DNA from: a virus | Taxonomy: Duplodnaviria > Heunggongvirae > Uroviricota > Caudoviricetes | Virus record (IMG/VR): IMGVR_UViG_2740892442_000004 | DNA: 64,000 bases | Direction: 5' to 3' (one strand) | Shown here: piece by piece, positions 60,362-64,000 of the stretch | Layout: each line of letters starts with the position of its first letter | Numbering within the stretch: the first letter of the stretch is position 1 | Program-made: the position numbers and the translations under genes | Notes under the pieces: generated by a model | Told to the model about the DNA's origin: nothing | The model's database searches: none | Seen by the model: the letters and a program-made list of their open reading frames with translations, nothing else

Positions 60362-61462
60362 TCACACTGCGCGGAATGCGATTTCGCCAGGTATTACTTC
60401 ACCTTGCCAATACATTTGGGCAGCAACGCGATCTGCGAGGTCACGATAAATAGCCGTAAATTCGCTATCTGGACGACTAATAACGGTTGGTGTTCCGTTA
60501 TCCAGATCTTCACGAAGAGAGATATGAAGTGGCATTTGGCCTAACAACTGCGTGTTGTATTTCTCGGCCAGTTTCTGTGCGCCACCGGTGCCAAAAATTG
60601 GCTCGTGATGACCGCAGTTACTGCAAATATGCACACTCATGTTTTCGACGATACCCAGTACCGGCACTTCGACTTTTTCGAACATCACAATGCCTTTCTT
60701 CGCATCGATCAGCGCGATGTCTTGCGGCGTAGTTACCACAACCGCACCAGTTACAGGAATGTTCTGCGCCAGCGTCAACTGAATATCACCAGTGCCCGGC
60801 GGCATATCGAGAACGAGATAGTCCAGATCAGGCCATAGAGTTTCCTGCAACATCTGCATCAGCGCCTTGCTGGCCATCGGTCCACGCCACACCATTGCAT
60901 TGTCGTCGGTGACCAGATAACCAATAGAGTTGGTTGCCAGGCCATGAGACATGATAGGTGCCATGTGAGTACCGTCAGGTGAGGTTGGACGTTGGTTTTC
61001 CGCGCCCAGCATGGTTGGAATTGATGGACCATAGATATCGGCATCCAAAATACCAACTTTCGCACCTTCAGCAGCCAACGCCAGTGCCAGGTTTACCGCC
61101 GTGGAGGATTTACCCACGCCGCCCTTGCCTGAGCTGACGGCGATAATGTTCTTAACGCCATTAATGCCTGGTTGGTTTTTGACGCGCTTAAGCGTGGCAA
61201 TGTTGTACGACAGCTTCCAGTCAATAGCCTTTGCGCCAGTGATACGGAGCAGATCACCACTACATTGCTCTTTCAGGTCTTCAAAAGGCTTATTCCACAC
61301 GAAAGGCATGATTAGTTCGACATGCAGTGTGTCATCCATCAACGCAACATGGTGTAACGCTTTAAGCGTAGTCAGGTTGTGTTTCAGGGTTGGGTGCTGA
61401 AAATTAGCCAGCGTACCGGCTACCATTGCTCTCAGGGCATCCGGCGATTTGGACTCGCTCAT
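60362..61462 (-). CDS. apbC: Fe-S cluster carrier ATPase ApbC/Mrp
   Basis: 366 aa; essentially collinear with E. coli Mrp as recalled; P-loop SSGKGGVGKSS; CxxC-containing ICSNCGHHEP. Confidence 0.9.
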   Translation of the reverse strand: MSESKSPDALRAMVAGTLANFQHPTLKHNLTTLKALHHVALMDDTLHVELIMPFVWNKPFEDLKEQCSGDLLRITGAKAIDWKLSYNIATLKRVKNQPGINGVKNIIAVSSGKGGVGKSSTAVNLALALAAEGAKVGILDADIYGPSIPTMLGAENQRPTSPDGTHMAPIMSHGLATNSIGYLVTDDNAMVWRGPMASKALMQMLQETLWPDLDYLVLDMPPGTGDIQLTLAQNIPVTGAVVVTTPQDIALIDAKKGIVMFEKVEVPVLGIVENMSVHICSNCGHHEPIFGTGGAQKLAEKYNTQLLGQMPLHISLREDLDNGTPTVISRPDSEFTAIYRDLADRVAAQMYWQGEVIPGEIAFRAV

Positions 61463-61619
61463 CCCGTCTCCTTTATTTTAATTTGCGCAATTGTCGCCTT
61501 GTAGTGTACTCCAGCTACGACATTTAATCATTTATGAGAAATGCTGTTATCACATGGCAGACATAAGGCCATTTTGTTACTATCAAGCCCCTTTTCACTA
61601 CAAAGAAGTAATGCCTACT

Positions 61620-63653
61620 ATGACCCAAGTCGCGAAGAAAATTCTGGTGACGTGCGCGCTGCCGTACGCTAACGGCTCAATCCACCTCGGCCATATGCTG
61701 GAGCACATCCAGGCTGATGTCTGGGTTCGTTACCAGCGAATGCGCGGCCACGAGGTTAATTTCATCTGTGCCGACGATGCCCACGGTACGCCGATCATGC
61801 TGAAAGCACAGCAGCTTGGTATCACACCGGAGCAGATGATTGGCGAAATGAGTCAGGAACACCAGACTGATTTCGCAGGCTTTAACATCAGCTATGACAA
61901 CTATCACTCGACGCACAGCGAAGAGAACCGTCAGTTGTCTGAGCTTATCTATACTCGCCTGAAAGAGAACGGTTTTATTAAAAACCGCACTATCTCTCAG
62001 TTGTACGACCCGGAAAAAGGCATGTTCCTGCCGGATCGTTTTGTAAAAGGCACCTGCCCGAAATGTAAAGCGCCAGATCAATACGGCGATAACTGTGAAG
62101 TCTGCGGCGCAACATATAGCCCGACTGAATTGATCGAGCCGAAATCGGTGGTTTCTGGCGCTACCCCGGTAATGCGTGATTCCGAACACTTCTTCTTTGA
62201 TCTGCCTTCTTTCAGCGAAATGTTGCAGGCATGGACCCGCAGCGGCGCGTTGCAGGAGCAGGTGGCGAACAAAATGCAGGAATGGTTTGAATCCGGCCTG
62301 CAACAGTGGGATATCTCCCGAGATGCGCCTTACTTCGGTTTTGAAATTCCGAACGCGCCGGGCAAATATTTCTACGTCTGGCTGGACGCGCCGATTGGCT
62401 ACATGGGTTCCTTCAAGAATCTGTGCGACAAGCGCGGCGATACCACCAGCTTCGATGAATACTGGAAGAAAGACTCCACCGCCGAGCTGTACCACTTCAT
62501 CGGTAAAGATATTGTTTACTTCCACAGCCTGTTCTGGCCTGCCATGCTGGAAGGCAGCAACTTCCGCAAGCCGACCAACCTGTTTGTTCACGGCTATGTG
62601 ACGGTGAACGGCGCGAAGATGTCCAAGTCTCGCGGCACCTTTATTAAAGCCAGCACCTGGCTGAATCATTTTGACGCCGACAGCCTGCGTTACTACTACA
62701 CTGCGAAACTCTCTTCGCGCATTGATGATATCGATCTCAACCTGGAGAATTTCGTTCAGCGCGTGAATGCCGATATCGTGAACAAAGTGGTTAACCTGGC
62801 CTCCCGTAATGCAGGCTTTATCAACAAGCGTTTTGACGGCGTGCTGGCAAGCGAACTGGCTGACCCGCAACTGTACAAAACCTTTACTGATGCCGCTGAA
62901 GTGATTGGCGAAGCATGGGAAAGCCGCGAATTTGGTAAAGCTATCCGTGAAATCATGGCATTGGCTGACCTGGCTAACCGCTATGTCGATGAACAGGCTC
63001 CGTGGGTGGTGGCGAAGCAGGAAGGACGCGATGCCGATCTGCAGGCGATTTGCTCTATGGGCATTAACCTGTTCCGCGTGCTGATGACGTACCTGAAGCC
63101 GGTACTGCCGAAACTGACTGAACGTGCAGAAGCATTCCTGAATACAGAACTGACCTGGGATGGTATCCAGCAACCGCTGCTGGGCCATAAAGTGAATCCG
63201 TTCAAGGCACTGTATAACCGCATCGATATGAAGCAGGTTGAAGCACTGGTGGAAGCATCCAAAGAAGAAGTGAAAGCCACAGCCGCACCGGTAACTGGCC
63301 CACTGGCTGACGACCCGATTCAGGAAACTATCACCTTTGACGACTTCGCCAAAGTTGACCTGCGCGTGGCGCTGATTGAAAACGCAGAGTTTGTAGAAGG
63401 TTCTGACAAACTGCTTCGCCTGACGCTGGATCTCGGTGGTGAAAAGCGTAATGTCTTCTCAGGCATCCGTTCCGCTTATCCAGATCCACAGGCACTGATT
63501 GGTCGTCACACCATTATGGTGGCTAACCTGGCACCACGTAAAATGCGCTTCGGTATCTCTGAAGGCATGGTGATGGCTGCTGGCCCCGGCGGGAAAGATA
63601 TCTTCCTGTTAAGCCCGGATGCTGGTGCTAAACCTGGCCACCAGGTTAAGTAA
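61620..63653 (+). CDS. metG: Methionyl-tRNA synthetase
   Basis: 677 aa from [26 protein letters not shown] (HIGH) with KMSKS; near-identical to E. coli MetG as recalled; track ORF opens upstream at 61491 with non-native extension. Confidence 0.92.
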   Translation: MTQVAKKILVTCALPYANGSIHLGHMLEHIQADVWVRYQRMRGHEVNFICADDAHGTPIMLKAQQLGITPEQMIGEMSQEHQTDFAGFNISYDNYHSTHSEENRQLSELIYTRLKENGFIKNRTISQLYDPEKGMFLPDRFVKGTCPKCKAPDQYGDNCEVCGATYSPTELIEPKSVVSGATPVMRDSEHFFFDLPSFSEMLQAWTRSGALQEQVANKMQEWFESGLQQWDISRDAPYFGFEIPNAPGKYFYVWLDAPIGYMGSFKNLCDKRGDTTSFDEYWKKDSTAELYHFIGKDIVYFHSLFWPAMLEGSNFRKPTNLFVHGYVTVNGAKMSKSRGTFIKASTWLNHFDADSLRYYYTAKLSSRIDDIDLNLENFVQRVNADIVNKVVNLASRNAGFINKRFDGVLASELADPQLYKTFTDAAEVIGEAWESREFGKAIREIMALADLANRYVDEQAPWVVAKQEGRDADLQAICSMGINLFRVLMTYLKPVLPKLTERAEAFLNTELTWDGIQQPLLGHKVNPFKALYNRIDMKQVEALVEASKEEVKATAAPVTGPLADDPIQETITFDDFAKVDLRVALIENAEFVEGSDKLLRLTLDLGGEKRNVFSGIRSAYPDPQALIGRHTIMVANLAPRKMRFGISEGMVMAAGPGGKDIFLLSPDAGAKPGHQVK

Positions 63654-63673
63654 TTAAACAACCTCTCTTCGCA

Positions 63674-63699
63674 ATGCCCGGCAACACGCCGGGCATTTT
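63674..63699 (+). terminator. Rho-independent terminator after metG
   Basis: atgcccggcaacacgccgggcat followed by ttt. Confidence 0.65.
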
Positions 63700-63736
63700 C
63701 ATATAGACACAATCCCTTCTGATTTACACAGTACCT

Positions 63737-63802
63737 AAAACAATTTGTTTTCTGCCTTTTGTTGATGGAGATAATAAACCACATAAGAAAACAACTTGTT
63801 TT
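63737..63802 (+). promoter_or_regulatory. Two tandem phage-type palindromes (AAAACAATTTGTTTT, AAAACAACTTGTTTT) plus ACCACATAAGAAAAC leader
   Basis: Same elements as upstream of genes in the phage-like region; located downstream of metG. Confidence 0.45.
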
Positions 63803-63814
63803 GGAGTGGTTGAA

Positions 63815-64000
63815 ATGTTGAACATTACCCAAGCCTACCAGGTGGCATTGATCAGCTCATCTCATACATCAGAGGAAGATGCTCGCCGATTCATGATCGC
63901 AAGCAATGAGCTGGATTGGGTTTCACAAATTGAGTACGGTTGCATTGTCCACGCCGGGTTACAGGACGATGACTGGAAAGATGAGTTGCGTCGATATGGT
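63815..64000 (+). CDS. hypothetical protein (partial; 3' end beyond window end)
   Basis: ATG 63815 after the tandem palindromes; open to the window end. Confidence 0.4.
   Translation, partial: MLNITQAYQVALISSSHTSEEDARRFMIASNELDWVSQIEYGCIVHAGLQDDDWKDELRRYG

Noticed and set aside
61491-61619. N-terminal extension of the metG ORF (track start 61491)
   Set aside because: The extension lies in the apbC-metG promoter region; the native-looking start MTQVAKK at 61620 matches known MetG.

Overview
Most of this window (1 to ~60.3 kb, and again from ~63.7 kb) reads as the DNA-metabolism and replication region of a large phage or phage-plasmid, not ordinary chromosome. By gene content it looks like an SSU5/pHCM2-type element (inference from memory, not a database hit). 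Supporting genes: DnaB-like helicase, primase, ATP-dependent ligase, a 4-tRNA cluster, a CobT/CobS-like vWA + AAA+ pair, DnaE-type Pol III alpha, gp32-like SSB, flap endonuclease, RecA/UvsX-like recombinase, SbcCD-like nuclease, RuvC-like resolvase, NrdA/NrdB, ThyA, DHFR, DnaQ-like exonuclease, two N6-adenine methyltransferases and RNase HI. A plasmid-type replicon sits at 30.3-32.0 kb: repA flanked by two iteron arrays, with a GATC cluster and a DnaA-box-like site. The most unusual observation is a chromosome-like apbC(mrp)-metG divergent pair at 60.36-63.70 kb, apparently embedded in the element next to a LexA-box-controlled UmuD'-like gene, with phage-type promoter motifs resuming after metG. 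Other candidates: a small protein carrying a ClpX-type zinc-binding motif, AT-rich opposite-strand genes, ORF-free structured tracts, and several recurring intergenic motif families. At least seven conserved genes appear split by 1-2 nt frameshifts, so either the assembly has indel errors or the element is decaying. All coordinates come from manual reading and may be off by a few bases; no searches were run.
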